Shown here piece by piece: positions 23,615 through 37,307 of a stretch of DNA of 64,000 nt. The translations under genes were made by a program, and so were the position numbers. Below the pieces are notes generated by a model. It was not told the origin of the DNA. It was given only the letters and a program-made list of their open reading frames with translations, and did no database searches. Position 1 is the stretch's first letter. Each line of letters starts with the position of its first letter. Source of the stretch: Eledone cirrhosa (Eukaryota); assembly GCA_964016885.1 (NCBI GenBank), contig OZ024742.1, positions 2,294,001 to 2,358,000 of the forward strand, in the 5' to 3' direction.

Positions 23615-26600
23615 CTACAGGCAGATATAGAGAGAAGGCCCATTCACTCGGGCCATTCTCGCTACTTTCACCCATCTTTCATAAAACTTGCTGGGGTAGA
23701 GCACCTCTCTCTCGATTCTGATCCTTCTTCTAAAGTGGTACTTGAAAAAAAAGACCAGTTGTTGGCCGGAGAGAAAGGTGTCTGACCTCAGCCCTTTCAA
23801 CCTTGTCCACCATACAACTTCTTTCGCCATGGCTATCACACAGAGGAAAACCGCCTGTCCTTCGTTTTTGAAAGGGGGAGGCGGTTTGATTGTGACAATG
23901 TTCTCGGTGGTCAACCGGATTGGTCCCACCCGCGACAGTAGTCGTTCTACATAGCCCCACAGGTCAGCAACGCCCGGGCAGTGTACGAATGCGTGTGCGA
24001 CGGTTTCCTCGTCACGCACGCATCTTGGACAGATCTTCTTCGATGGGTCCCTACCCGGGCGCCCGTGTCTGTAGAGCTTGTCCCGAACGGGTAGAGCTCC
24101 TCGGTAACATTGCCAAGCCAGGGACTTTTGGAAGTTGTCCATCGGTCCCGGGCCAAACGTCCTACCGAACAGACTGGCCAGCTCGTCTTCCTCCATGCCC
24201 AGAGCCTCTCCGAGAGCGTCGTCGCACTTACTGCGCACCAACCCTCTATAGAATGTTGAGGTTGAGTCTCCACTGATTGCCGGATTCGCTTGCAAGAGGG
24301 CCGTGAGCGCCTGGGCACATTCAATGTGCCAGTCGCCCACTTTTCTCGGTCTTTGCTTGACCCAGGATTGCAGCTCGGTGAGTGAGACGAGTCTCGCAAA
24401 GGCTCGCCTCACAAACAGGGCCCACACCGGCTGACCGGTGAGGAATACCTGGAGGTGCCGTAGCCTTAATGCGTGTCTACGCATCGTCAGCCACGTCATC
24501 CCAGCCCTCCGTTCGAAGGGTGTTGACAGCAGATGGATCTTCTCACCAAAGGAGCCCGCTTCTTCCAAAGAAATCGGAAGAGCGCGCGCTCCATTTTGGC
24601 GAGTGTTTTCTCTTGGCAAGGCACGACGGTCAAGCGGTAGTAGATGACGGACACTATATAAGCGTTCGCCACCTCCGCTCGACCTTTCAGGGATAGTTTG
24701 CACTCGGCCCACTTCTGGGCGAGTGCAAACACCTTTCCCGTTACCTCGTCCCAGTTTTTCTCCACCTGGAGGTCCGGTCCGAACCGCCCCCGAGCAGCTT
24801 CACCGGTCCCCCCGTCCAGCGTCCGACGATGCCGTCGGAGGGCATCGTTTTGCCCCTCCACGTCCCGAGTTGCAAACCGACAGACTTGTCCCGGTTCAGC
24901 TTGGCTCCTGTGAACCTTTCATATTCCTCCAGTAAGGTGCCGATCTGCCCGATTTCCGAGGCGCACGATACCATTACTGTCACGTCATCGGCGTAGGCCG
25001 ACACCGCTTTCCGCAATCCCGGTTCCAAGGGGATGCCCTGCAACAGCTCCAGCTTCCGCAGTAGTGGCTCGAGAGCCAGCACATACAGGAGGGAGGAGAG
25101 AGGGCATCCCTGTCGAATGGATCGCGTGATTTGGAACGGCTCCGAGAGGTAGCCGTTCACCTTGACCCTCGAGCAGGTGTTGCTGCTGTGCATTGCAGCA
25201 ATCCAGCCCCTGAAAACGGGTCCGAAGCCTGCCGCCGCGAGCACCGCATCCAGGTACCGATGGTCAACCCTATCGAACGCTTTAGATTGATCCAAGTTGA
25301 TCAGGGCCCCACCAAAGCCGGGTTCGTTCCCTACCCTCTCTACGATGTATCGCATGAGGTGGAGGTTGTCGTGGATGGACCTGGACGGGATTGCGCATGT
25401 CTGCGCTTCTCCCACCAGGTTCCCGACGACAAGCGCCAAGCTCTTCGCTAACACCTTGGCCAAAATCTTTAACTCTGTGTTTAGCAGAGTTATGGGCCTG
25501 AAGTTATCTATGTCATCCCCCTTGTTCTCGTCCTTCCTCACCAGCGTGACTACGCCCTTGGTCACAGAACTGAGAATTCTCTCGTTCTGTTGCCAGTTGC
25601 AGTAGACCGCCTCGAGGAGACCGGAGAACAAGCCCGGCATCGCTACATAAAGTTCGTATGGTAGACCATCGAGACCCGGAGATTTTCGTTTGCCGCATTG
25701 GCTCAGCGCTTCCCCTATTTCAGCGGCTGAAATCGGCCTCTCGCAGGACTTCGCATCCCCGTCCGAGAGCCGCGCCAGACCGTCGAGGTATGGACCGAAA
25801 TCCATGGCCCCACCCGGCCCGCCGCCCCTCCCGAACAGTCGTGCAAAGCGCTGTTGAAAGGCCGCGCTCATCCGCTCAGGTTCAAGGATCACGCGTCCAT
25901 CCTGGTCCTTCGAAGACCGAATCGTGGACTTGTTTCCACTTTTGCCTCTGTCACTCGGGCCCAGCTAACAGCTTTGGCTCTCTCGTTACCCAGAGCACGT
26001 ATTTTACTCCTGACAACGTAGCCCTCGTGCTTCGCATCAAAGAACTGGTCTAGGGCCGTTCTTGACGCCAGCACGCCGGCCACGTTGCCACTCCTAATCG
26101 CCTCTTCTACTCTATTTGTTAATTCCCTTTCAGTTCTATTCCTATCTGATGCTAATTCCCGACTAAAACCTATCGATTCTATTCTAATTTCTCTCTTGAG
26201 AGAGCCCCACCACCTGTTGTTGACAATTGCCCCCGTAAAACGCTGCTTAACTAGTGTGCTAATCCGCTTACTGTAAGCTTTGTTTGTCGGTAAAGACAAG
26301 TTTAGCTTCCAGTAACCGGGTCCCTGTCTATGAGTTCTATCAAGGTTGACCACTCCGGTCACCAACTTGTGATCCGAATAGTCAACCATGAACATTCGTG
26401 GACAGCTTAATATGTCCCTATCCTTATTTCTAACTAGGAACCTATCTAGGTACGACCTAGATGTTCCGCTGCGATTACTCCACGTCCACCGTGGCACAGT
26501 CGGAAAATCTAGTCGATATCTATCGGCCAGATCAAATCGGCCGATTAATCGTTTGAGGCTGTTACACCCCCTCTATCGGGACATGCCCCTACATATTCCC

Positions 26601-27048
26601 AACGTGCATCCAGGATACCATTCCAGTCCCCCACTAAAAGCAAGGAGCGAGACGTTACCAGGAAATTCTCCAGGCGTCGGAAGAAGTCCGGTCGCGGTGT
26701 CCCAGATGGGGCATACGCTGCCACCAGCCTGAAAGCTCCACCTTCACCACTGCCGACTTCTAAAACCACCAGTCGACCCTCCGGGTCCAGGTGTACCTTC
26801 TGTGTGGCAAGACCCAGGTATTTTCGCAGCAGAACGACAACCCCACCCCCACCCCTCGGCTGACAGAGAGATGCGTAGATCTCAAAGTCGTCGAAGATGG
26901 GGGCCAGTTGGCGCTCGCTGCTGATCCTGGACACGCAAATAACCATTACATCCACTCTGTGCGACCTGATGTCATTTAAGAGTTTGCCCTGTTTTCAGGA
27001 CATCCCCAAGCCGCGTGCATTCACACATCCAACTCTTATATTGGCCAT
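23615..27048 (-). pseudogene. Tx1-like ORF2 (APE endonuclease, reverse transcriptase, zf-RVT) with frameshifts and a premature stop
   Basis: MANIRVGCVNARGL, VGDWN, SYLDRF, YSDH, GYWKLN, KSPGLDGLPYELY, NFRPITLLN, LDQSKAFDRV, IRQGCPLS, AYADD, CPRC..EETVAHAFVHC, split across several frames. Confidence 0.92.
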
Positions 27049-27089
27049 GTGGTGCTGAAGAGGTAAAAAGGAAGAGGAAAGGAAATTAC

Positions 27090-28860
27090 TTACCTCTTCG
27101 TCTCCTGGGGACCAGGCTTCACAATTTCCATGGAGGTGTTGGAAGGGTTGTTTGGTGGGGTGGTAGTTTGTGGTGGGGTGAGGACATCAGTGTGTGGTGG
27201 GATTAGGGTGTTTGGTGGGGTGTGGGTGTATGGTGTGGGGATGGGGAAACATCTCAATAGGACGCTGTTATGTGGTTTGGTGCAGTTGGTCCCCACATGC
27301 ATTGGATGGTTCTTTTTCAAAGTTACATAGGTTTCCGTTGGGACCCTAATCATCATTAGGTGCGGTTTGTTCGCTGCGTAGGTGAAAGTGATCCCTTCGG
27401 TTTCCACCGAGGGGTTATTTTCTATCGCTTTCATCAACGTTTTATTGTTCTTGTTAATGAATGTATAGAGTTTTTGTTGTGTTGTGTTTGTTTTTGTTTG
27501 TTGTTCTTGTGCGTGTTTGCGTTTTGTACTACGTGTTATGTTTTGGGGAGGGGTGGTTTTTTTTATTTGTGATGTTTGTTCTGTTTGTGCTGGTGGTTGT
27601 GTGTTTGTGGCATTTTTGTTAATGTGGTGCCTTTTTTTTTTCCTTTTCACCTGTTGAAAAGGTTCTCCCTCGTCGTCACTGGGTGACGTTGATACGGAGT
27701 CCTCTTCCGTGTTGTTGGGGAGGGGTATATTTTGGGGTTTTGTTGTGGTTGCTTTTGCATTTGTTTTAGGTGGGGAGGGGTTGGGTGGAACAGTGTTTTG
27801 TGTTGTTATTTTTCCATGTTGTTGTGGTGGTGGTGGTGGTGGTGGTGGTGGTGGTTGTGTTGTTGTGTTCGGGGTTGGCAGAAGAGCCTTTTTTTTTTGA
27901 CTCGTTAATTGAGGACAGGCAGCCCTCAGGTGACCCCTGCTTAAGCAGTGGTAACATGACGGCCGCCTTCCCTCCACTGAAATGTTTATATAAGTTAGCC
28001 CGTCCAGAGGCACGCGTTGTGGGATATTCGCTATTCGTTCTGGGCTCATTTGCACCAGAACTTCTACGGTGGTCCCACCAAATGCACCTCCGGAGGACTT
28101 TCCTATTGAAATTATCTTGTCTTCGTCAAAGTTAATTATTCCACATAGTATCCACCAAATATTTACATTTGGTGTGATACTCATTATTTTTATTCTTTGT
28201 GTCCTTTTTCCCCTGTATGTGGGGGTAAAAGGTGAAGCGGGGGGACACAATGGGTGCTACCGAGTACTTTTGAGCTGTTGACTGGTTGTTCATTAGCACC
28301 GAAATGCTACCAAACAATTTACCTTTTTGTATGAAGGTTAAGTCCTTCATTGCATCTTTTAGAACCAGCCCAATTTCATTTTGTGATAATTGAGCTGGTT
28401 TTCTTGTTTCGTTCGATATTGTCCTGAAAATCACAGTTTTCAGGACAGCCTCTCTACGTAATTCCTGTGGAGAATTGATGCTGAAAGCACCGTTTTCGCC
28501 AAAAGTCACGAATTGTTTTGCGTCTTGTAATAGTTGTTTAGCATTTGTTATGTCTATTAGCGTGTATAGTTCGTTTTTTTTTACAGTCTGTGCGAATGTT
28601 GTTTTGGTGTTGTTGTCTTTTTTGTTACTGTCACTGTTGGTAATATTGGTGTTGCTATTGTTGCAGTTGTTGGTCGTGGTGTTATTGTCATTGTTCTTGT
28701 TGTTGGTGCTGGTATTATTTACCGGGTTTGGTTTCGTGGTTTCGATATTTTTCACGTTTTTCGATGATGCGAGGGGGGAAGGCTGCAAGCTTTGCACTCC
28801 TACCTTCCCTCAACCACTTTTCTTAGTGGGCGTGGCACTCACGACAGTTTTTAGATGAAA
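27090..28860 (-). pseudogene. Tx1-like ORF1 (gag-like nucleic-acid-binding protein), frameshifted
   Basis: CYHCLSRGHLRAAC zinc knuckle, TFAQTVK and FQQVKRKKK motifs; two overlapping ORF pieces. The start is uncertain. Confidence 0.85.
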
Positions 28861-29741
28861 ATTGAAAGATTCCGCCCCAGAAAGGGGCGAAAATTAGTTG
28901 ACTCAACGTCTGACGGCCCAGGCAAGGGGTTAAACTAAACAATGTTATTAAATTGAGCAATAAACTCACAGTTTTTTTGACAACAATCCATAAAAATCCG
29001 GAGCAAAGTAAATCACGTCTATATCAAGTGGTAATTGATATAGAGAGGGGGACAGTTTAGGGGTGATTGACATACAGAGGGGATTGGGAGTGATAAGTGT
29101 AGATATTTATAGAGGGAGAGAGTGGGATAAGAGAGGCGGCGTCGTGGTAGATATAGAGAGGTGTAGAGTTCAGTTTTAGTAGATACAGAGAGGGGGATTA
29201 AAAGAGAGTTTTGTGTGATAGACATAGAGAGGGGGAGAGTTTGGTAGCACTCTCGGGTCCCAAATAATAGGAGGGGGTAGCAATAATTAGGGGGGCTAAG
29301 GAAATCAGTAAGTGTTTAGGGTACTTTCGTAAATATGGGATTTCTTGTAATGTTCTTCTTTTGTCATTTATAAGGTTTTTTTTTAAGTAAAATAAAATTA
29401 TTAGATTCTCCAACTGCTGTATCAATATGAATCACTTACAATAAGATTTCGCCGAAGATAGATTAGCAAAATTTAACAAAATTTAATAAGCGGATGGTGG
29501 GTATTGTGGAATCTGACAAATTAATAAGCGGGGGTGGGAGTATTCAAAACCTGAGAGTACGTGAATTATTGATGGACGTAAGAATAAAAACTCAATACCG
29601 AAGTAGAGTTTAAATATTCATTTATTATAACTAAGCCTTGTTACTCTGGAGTCTCACCTGCGTACTTACCTGGCAAGACTGGTGATCCTGTGAGTGTACA
29701 GGTGAAACTTTAGAGGAACAAAGCTCACCAAAATAAACTAA

Positions 29742-29833
<92 letters not shown>

Positions 29834-30342
29834 TGAGATGGATAAATTGGTGTGTGTAGATATACTACCACAGTGCCCGCCAAAAATGAAGGTGTGTATA
29901 ATATATACATATTGATTTTAATAATTCCGCTGTGAAGAAGCTTGTATCGTCTCACTTTCCTTGACAAATGTAATCTTCATTCTTCTTCTTCTTCTTCTTC
30001 TTCTTCTTCTTCTTCTTGCCAGGGTTTTATAATCCATACAAAATGGTAGCCAATACACACAGAGACATATACATGTAAGGAAGCATGCTGAACGCACTCA
30101 CTTTTTGTGCCCCTACTGTAGTAACAGGAACACAACATTAAGTATTGGTACTTAGGTTGTTAGTAGGTTAGTCACAAGAAGGTTAAACCGGTGGTTAAAC
30201 GAGGATAACAAGGTTTCCTTCTTTATAACTGTTAAAATTGATCAGAAATTGGACTTCGATCTAAAGATAACTACTAAACTATCACGTCTTGAACTGAGTC
30301 AATAGCGATAAAACGTTTCCTCATCTCTTCCTTTCTATTTTC

Positions 30343-30376
<34 letters not shown>

Positions 30377-30382
30377 TAACTT

Positions 30383-32060
30383 TACTTTGATAGGTTTCGG
30401 CCAGTATTGGCCCAGGCCATGTCTAACTTAATAGCACCACCTGGCGAAGTCTTACAAATCAGTGTTTGGGCAACATGGCCCACTCGAGCAGAGAGTTATT
30501 GTTTACGGAGGCATATCCGGGTGTAGGAGGCTTATCCGGGATTTCTTGAAGAAATTTATCCAAAGACTTCTTGAACTTGATGGGGTCCGTCTCTGCTTTG
30601 ATGTGTCTTGGTGTAATGTTAAAGAGAGCAGAGACAATTGAGGTGAAATAATTGTGTCGTATTGTTGTTATGAGATGCGAGTGAGATTTTTGTCGTGGGC
30701 GGATAGCACGGGGCCCAAGCCTTGGGTGTACACTAAAGATGATGCCAACATCATTTGGGCAAAGCTGATGGAATATTTTCCACATCATACAGATAATGTA
30801 GCGCTCACGGCGACGTTGGAGAGAATAAAGTTTGAGATTTTCTAATCGACTCCAATAGTCAAGGCCTGTCATGCCAACTATCTTTTTTGTAATTGACCTT
30901 TGGGGTGCTTCAACTTTCATGATACTTTGTTTCATGTGGGGTGACCACAGTGGACAACAGTATTCGGGCAAAAGTGGAGAAGAGAAGGATAACAGTGTGG
31001 ATATCTCTCGACTGGAAAGTTCTAAGAATCCAGGAACACATTCTGCGGGCCATATCAACTTTGCTGTTTATATGAGTGGCCCAGCTTATGTTGTTGTCCA
31101 CAATTACTCCCAGGTCTCTGATGTGATTGGATGCCACTAGAGTTTCACCTGAAGGAAGAGAGTATGGTCGTTTCAGGGCATCCTTTTTTCCAAAGTGGAT
31201 TAATTCAAATTTATCTTCATTCAACAGCATATTATTCATTTCTGGCCATTGGATAACAACCAGTAGGTCTGACTGAAGGCAAGTCCGGTCATCCACCTCA
31301 TTGATGACCATTTGGAGCTTGGAATCGTCTGCGAAGATTCTGATGTTGCTGTGCTTGATGATGTCAGTAATGTCATTAATGTAGATGATGAAAAGAAGTG
31401 GGCCCAACACAGTGCCTTGTGGGACACCACAGCTGATTTTGGCAGGGCTTGATTTTACTCTTTCGACTACAACATGCTGGGTTCTGCCTGTCAGGAAACA
31501 TTTGATCCACTGTAGTAACCTTCCAGAGACACCAACATTGGATAGTTTTTTCAGTAGAATCTTATGATCAACTCTGTCGAAGGCCTTGCTGAAGTCAAGG
31601 TAGATGACATCAGTGTTGGAGCCCTCTCCCAAGGCTCTCAAAACATCGTCAAAGTGATGCAGGAGATGCGTTAGGCAGTCCCTTCCATTACGGAACCCAT
31701 GTTGTTTGGAGTTCAGCAGGCCGTTGCTTTCAAGAAAGTGGGTTATTCGTGATCTCACCACCCTCTCAAATACCTTGATAATATAAGAGGTGAGTGAGAC
31801 CGGACGGTAGTTCACTGAAAGGGACTTATTTCCCTTTTTGAAGACTGGGACAACGGACTGGGACAGAAAGTTTTCAGGAATATAACCAGTGTCCAGTCAG
31901 TTCCCCCACAGATTAGCTACAGGAGATGCAAGTTGGTGTCGACACACCTTCAGGACACAAGCAGGGAACCTGTCAGGGCCTACTGCTGAATTGTGTTTAA
32001 TTTCGTTTATTGCCGCTAAGACATCAGGGGCGCCAAACATTATGTCTGATATAGTGTGAC
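30383..32060 (-). mobile_element. CR1-like LINE, 5'-truncated, frameshifted RT
   Basis: GPD..PACVLK, NYRPVSLTS, QHGFR, YLDFSKAFDRV, GVPQGTVLGPLLF, FADD, RDLGV, EYC.PLWSP, LYSLQRRRER. The 3' end abuts (TC)n. Confidence 0.9.
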
Positions 32061-32211
32061 GGAGAAAGAGGCACAGGTGGCCGCGGTGGTAGTCGTTCAA
32101 TCAGCAGATCAGAGTAGAAAGGTGGACCACGTGAATCTGCTCCATGCATGGATGATGAGAATGATTTTCCTAGTCTTCTCCAAACTGCAGACAAAACTTC
32201 ATATATATATA

Positions 32212-32400
32212 TAACGAAGGAGGTGTGGCAAGGAACCATATGGACCATAACGCACCAGAGTACTCAATACTTAGGGCAGTAGAATGGATAATAGGTAGAA
32301 GTTTAACCCCGACGGCAGAGCTCAAGCCGTTACGACGGCTATTTCAGTCCAGAAATAGCCGTCGAAACGGCTTTAACTCTGCCGTCGGGGTTAAACTTTT
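32212..32400 (-). mobile_element. Family A fold-back (palindrome 32299-32398)
   Basis: Its loop AGTCCA is the reverse complement of the TGGACT loop in the 17875 copy. Confidence 0.8.
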
Positions 32401-32409
32401 CCCCTTATA

Positions 32410-32441
<32 letters not shown>

Positions 32442-32725
32442 ATGTAAATATTTATATACACATATAATACTTAGGCACACACAAACCCACACATATATAT
32501 ATATGTGCGTGCGTGTGTGCCTGTGTGTGACATATGACAAGAAAAGCTGTAATACCTTTCAACATTGTTACTATATAGAAGCCAACTCTAAGACTCAGAC
32601 AATATTTAGACATCTTCACTTCAAACCATTCCATTAACATTCTTCATATAATTCCTCCAACACTAAATAATATAGAAAACAACCCTTCTAAATGTTTGTT
32701 TCTCCTTCCTATTTCTTTTATTGTC

Positions 32726-32772
<47 letters not shown>

Positions 32773-33193
32773 TGTTGTTGTTGTTGGTGGTGCTGTTATT
32801 GTTGTCCTTGAAAATATTTTCTCTCTCATCTTTCTTCTTCTCATCACCCCAACGTTACCACCACCACCACCACCACCACCACCACCACCACCACCACCTC
32901 CTCCACCACCACCACTACCACCACATGCGCGCAATAATCGTAGTACCGGGTGTTTATAATCCCTATTTCAAGAACTTACCATTTGGTCATGAAACATTTA
33001 GTAAGGAATCATATTCCTACTGATCGAAGGTTTTACATCAGAAGACCTTTAAATTGTTCGGCAATGCTAAAAAAAAACCCTAATGTTTTGTGTCTCATCA
33101 CATAGGAAGGAGCAGTCGTAGGCGCTTGTTCAGCCAGGGTTTTATGTTTTATGTTCCCTAGTTTTAAAACAGCTTCTTCAGTGTACGTACGTG

Positions 33194-33251
<58 letters not shown>

Positions 33252-33723
33252 GTATGTATGGATGTAGATCATATGTTAATAATGTTGCAGTTGTATTCAA
33301 CTCCCGTGTGTATATAAATGACTGCTCTTTGTGTATGATGTATAATAATGAGTTCCAGGTATGTTCGCTAACCACCACCACCACCACCACCACCACAACA
33401 ACAACAACAGCCACCACGACCACAACAACAACAACAGCCACCACCACCACCACCACCACAACAACAACAACAACAGCCTCCACCACCACCACCACAACAA
33501 CAACAGCCACCACCACCACCACCAACAACAACAACACTGCCACCACCACCACTACCACCACCAATACCACCACCACCACCACCACCAATACCACCACCAC
33601 CACCACTACCACCACTACCACCACCACAACAACAACAACATCAGTGATATACACACTGGCTCTCTTTTACCCCCAATTAATTATTCAACACTATGGAAGA
33701 CGAAACAAAGCAAAACAATATTA

Positions 33724-33755
<32 letters not shown>

Positions 33756-33831
33756 GTATATATATAGGTGTATATATATATTTATGTATGTTTATATAAA
33801 TATATATATAAATATATATAAGTGTGTATAT

Positions 33832-33902
<71 letters not shown>

Positions 33903-33937
33903 TGTTTATGTATGTATATATATATATATATATATAC

Positions 33938-33970
<33 letters not shown>

Positions 33971-34035
33971 CACATATATATATGTATATATGTATGTATG
34001 TTTATGTATGTATATATATATATATATATACATAC

Positions 34036-34120
<85 letters not shown>

Positions 34121-34148
34121 TATATGTATATATGTATGTATGTTTATG

Positions 34149-34195
<47 letters not shown>

Positions 34196-34593
34196 GTCTG
34201 TGAGTGTGTTTCTTAAAACAAAAGAGAGAAAATGGAAGGGAAGTGAAGAAGTTTACCATTCTAGCAGTGGAATCTCTGGGGAGTCTTCTTCTGAAGGAAG
34301 AAAGCAGACCCTTGGAAAAAGAGAAGTCTTTGATTTATATCTCTGATTTAGCTTAACGAATGATATACATACCTCCCCCCTCTCCCCCTCTCCCCCCCTC
34401 CCCTTCCCACCTCTTCCCCCTCCACCTCCACCTCCATCTTCTTCTTTGTCTGTCAACATATAGACACTCCTGAAACATTTCTGTCTTAATAAGTCTCTTA
34501 GATTAATATCAAACAGTTGCAGAGACAAAGAGAGGGAGAAACATAGGGTCAGAGAGAGGGGGGGGGGTGAAAGACTGAGAGAGAGAGAGAAAG

Positions 34594-34669
<76 letters not shown>

Positions 34670-35296
34670 AGAGAGAAAGATACGTATAGACAGAGAGAGT
34701 GAGAGATACATATAGACAGAGAGAGAGAGAGAATAAAAAATATTTTCTTTTTCATAAAAGCCCAGAAAGTAACAATAAAAACTAAATCACCAACAATAGC
34801 CCCCCCCCCCCAAAAAAAAATTCTATGGGATCGGGAAGAATTCTTTTCCTATTTCGCTTCTGTTGCAGATTTGTAACTCAACACCGATTATTTACCATTC
34901 CTGGGTTTCTGCTCCTCGCTGACTTTATTTGAAGAAAACGTCTTCGGTATATAACACTTGTCAACGTTGATAAATGGAAGTTGTTATTTATAGAATTGTC
35001 AGACATTTTAGAACATTTTTGAAAATTTATAATAATTTGAAGAAAAACAAAAACAATACAAAACCAAAAACTCTTTAGAACACATTTTTAACTGTTTGAC
35101 TCCCAAGAGGGTTTCTGCCTGCGTCACTAAAACTGTTTATTGTTAACTAACATTTGTCTGAATATTAACTGGGTCTTCTATATTTGTCTTTGTTATTCTT
35201 AACATAGTTTTGCTGTTACCTTTAAAGTTGTTACTATGAAGACTAATTGTTGTTAACTTTACCTTTTAGGGCTAGGAAGTTAATGTTGGCCTTCAT

Positions 35297-35513
35297 CAGG
35301 GATTCCCAACCTTTTTACTTCATCGCCCGCTTTCACATGGAGAGTTCTCCACCAACCACCTGTATAGTAAATATTCAAAAGGTCTTTGAATATGTCGGGT
35401 AGCATATGTTGAAATACCTCCTTAATACACAAAATCCTATATCGTCCACTGCAATTTCCAATCACCCACCATTTTCTGTTAAGTGATCAGCCACCCAACA
35501 GTCTGGAACCCTG
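35297..35513. mobile_element. Degenerate hAT-type MITE
   Basis: Termini CAGGGATTCCCAACCTTTTT and GTCTGGAACCCTG; the TSD is only partly preserved. Confidence 0.5.
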
Positions 35514-35745
35514 GCCTATGTGTTGTCATACAACAAACTGACACGGTTGTTAGAGTGCCACACGGAATACCACACAGTGTTCTCACTCTCTACCTTCTCA
35601 GTTCAAATCCCACTTTACCCTTCATAACGATCAATTTTTCTCTGTCTCTCCCCCTCTCTCTATTTCTCTCTCTCCCCCTCTCTCTCTCTCTCTCTGCTAC
35701 TCTGGATTTTCGCTTGTATATATGTATGTACATTCTCCCCCCCCC

Positions 35746-35811
<66 letters not shown>

Positions 35812-35869
35812 ATATGAAAATAAGAATATTAATACATTAGTTTATACACACACACACACAGACACACAT

Positions 35870-35940
<71 letters not shown>

Positions 35941-36390
35941 TGAGAGGGGGGTGGAGTTGGAGTGATGTGTTAATGATATCTCTGCAATGAATATTTCCCT
36001 CTCCATCTGAAACCTATCAAGGTCAGTAGTGAAAAAATATTAAAATAGCCCCAAATGTACCATTAAACTGTCTTATGATTCTTCTTTATAAACCTTGATA
36101 GATGATCCCCCCTTCTCTTTCTTGTCCTCTCTCTCCCTCGCTCTCTCTCCCCCTCTCTTTCTCTCTCGCTATATATATATATATTAGGAAGGGGGCCATA
36201 TCCTTAACTCTCTCTATATATAATACATATATAGGATATAATACATATGTAAATGTGTATATAGATCATATGTATATGTATATATTTATATGTATATAAG
36301 TATGTACATATGTATGTATATATATATATATATAAGTATGTACATATGTATGTATATATATATATATATATAAGTATGTACATATGTATG

Positions 36391-36436
<46 letters not shown>

Positions 36437-36456
36437 CATATGAATGTATATATATG

Positions 36457-36527
<71 letters not shown>

Positions 36528-36944
36528 ATAAGTGGTTGTGTAGATCTGTGTGTAGGTGTGTTGTTTTGGTTTACCCCAACGTTCCATATCCCGCAACGTC
36601 TTATAATTACTCACCAACCAAACATATAACGGGTCTGTGTTCACTTTATCTCGCTGGCTTCGTCGTCTCACAAGACAAACAATTTAATGTATAAGGAAGA
36701 AATGAAAAAAAATTGAGGGAATTTAATAGAACAGAAAACAAGATTTCTCACAAAAAATACTGAAAAAGATAGGCTAAACAATTCCAGACAAGGAGGCGAA
36801 GTCTGCAGACGATGTAGAAGATGTGATGTCTCTCTCGTTAATCAGTTTAGATTATCTTCTATTCTCACCAACATCAACAGGCTAGCCGTTTGGCTGAAGG
36901 TCTGTATGAGCTTGGAAGTATCTTGGAACCATATAAATATGGTA

Positions 36945-37244
36945 TCACATAACAACAATACGGCACAATTATTTCACCTCAATTGGCCCTGCACTCTTTA
37001 ACATTACACCAAAACACATCAAAGCAGAGACGGACCCCATCAAGTTCAAGAAGTCTTTGGATAAATTCCTTCAAGAAATCCCGGATAAGCCTCCTACACC
37101 CGGATATGCCTCCGTAAACAATAACTCTCTGCTCGAGTGGGCCATGGTGCCCAAACACTGATTTGTAAGACTTCGCCAGGTGGTGCTATTAAGTTAGACA
37201 TGGCCTGGGCCAATACTGGTCGAAACGTATCAAAGTTATCAAAG

Positions 37245-37247
<3 letters not shown>
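36945..37247 (+). mobile_element. 3' fragment of the same CR1-like family
   Basis: Nearly identical to the reverse complement of 30385-30680; ends in (TATCAAAGT)2 then (TA)n. Confidence 0.9.

Positions 37248-37307
<60 letters not shown>

Larger units (their letters stand above)
23375..29018 (-). mobile_element. Near full-length L1/Tx1-clade non-LTR retrotransposon, disrupted
   Basis: ORF1 with a CCHC knuckle; ORF2 with APE, RT and a C-terminal zinc finger; 3' UTR ending GCCCTGGTGGCAAATAAA. Confidence 0.92.

Noticed and set aside
23512-28858. Plus-strand ORFs overlapping the LINE
   Set aside because: Antisense shadows of GC-rich LINE coding sequence.
32540-35280. Possible minus-strand exons (GTAAGT, GTATGT and GTAAAC donors near 32978, 34371 and 34256)
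   Set aside because: I could not assemble a consistent open frame or a recognisable protein; RNA-seq is needed.
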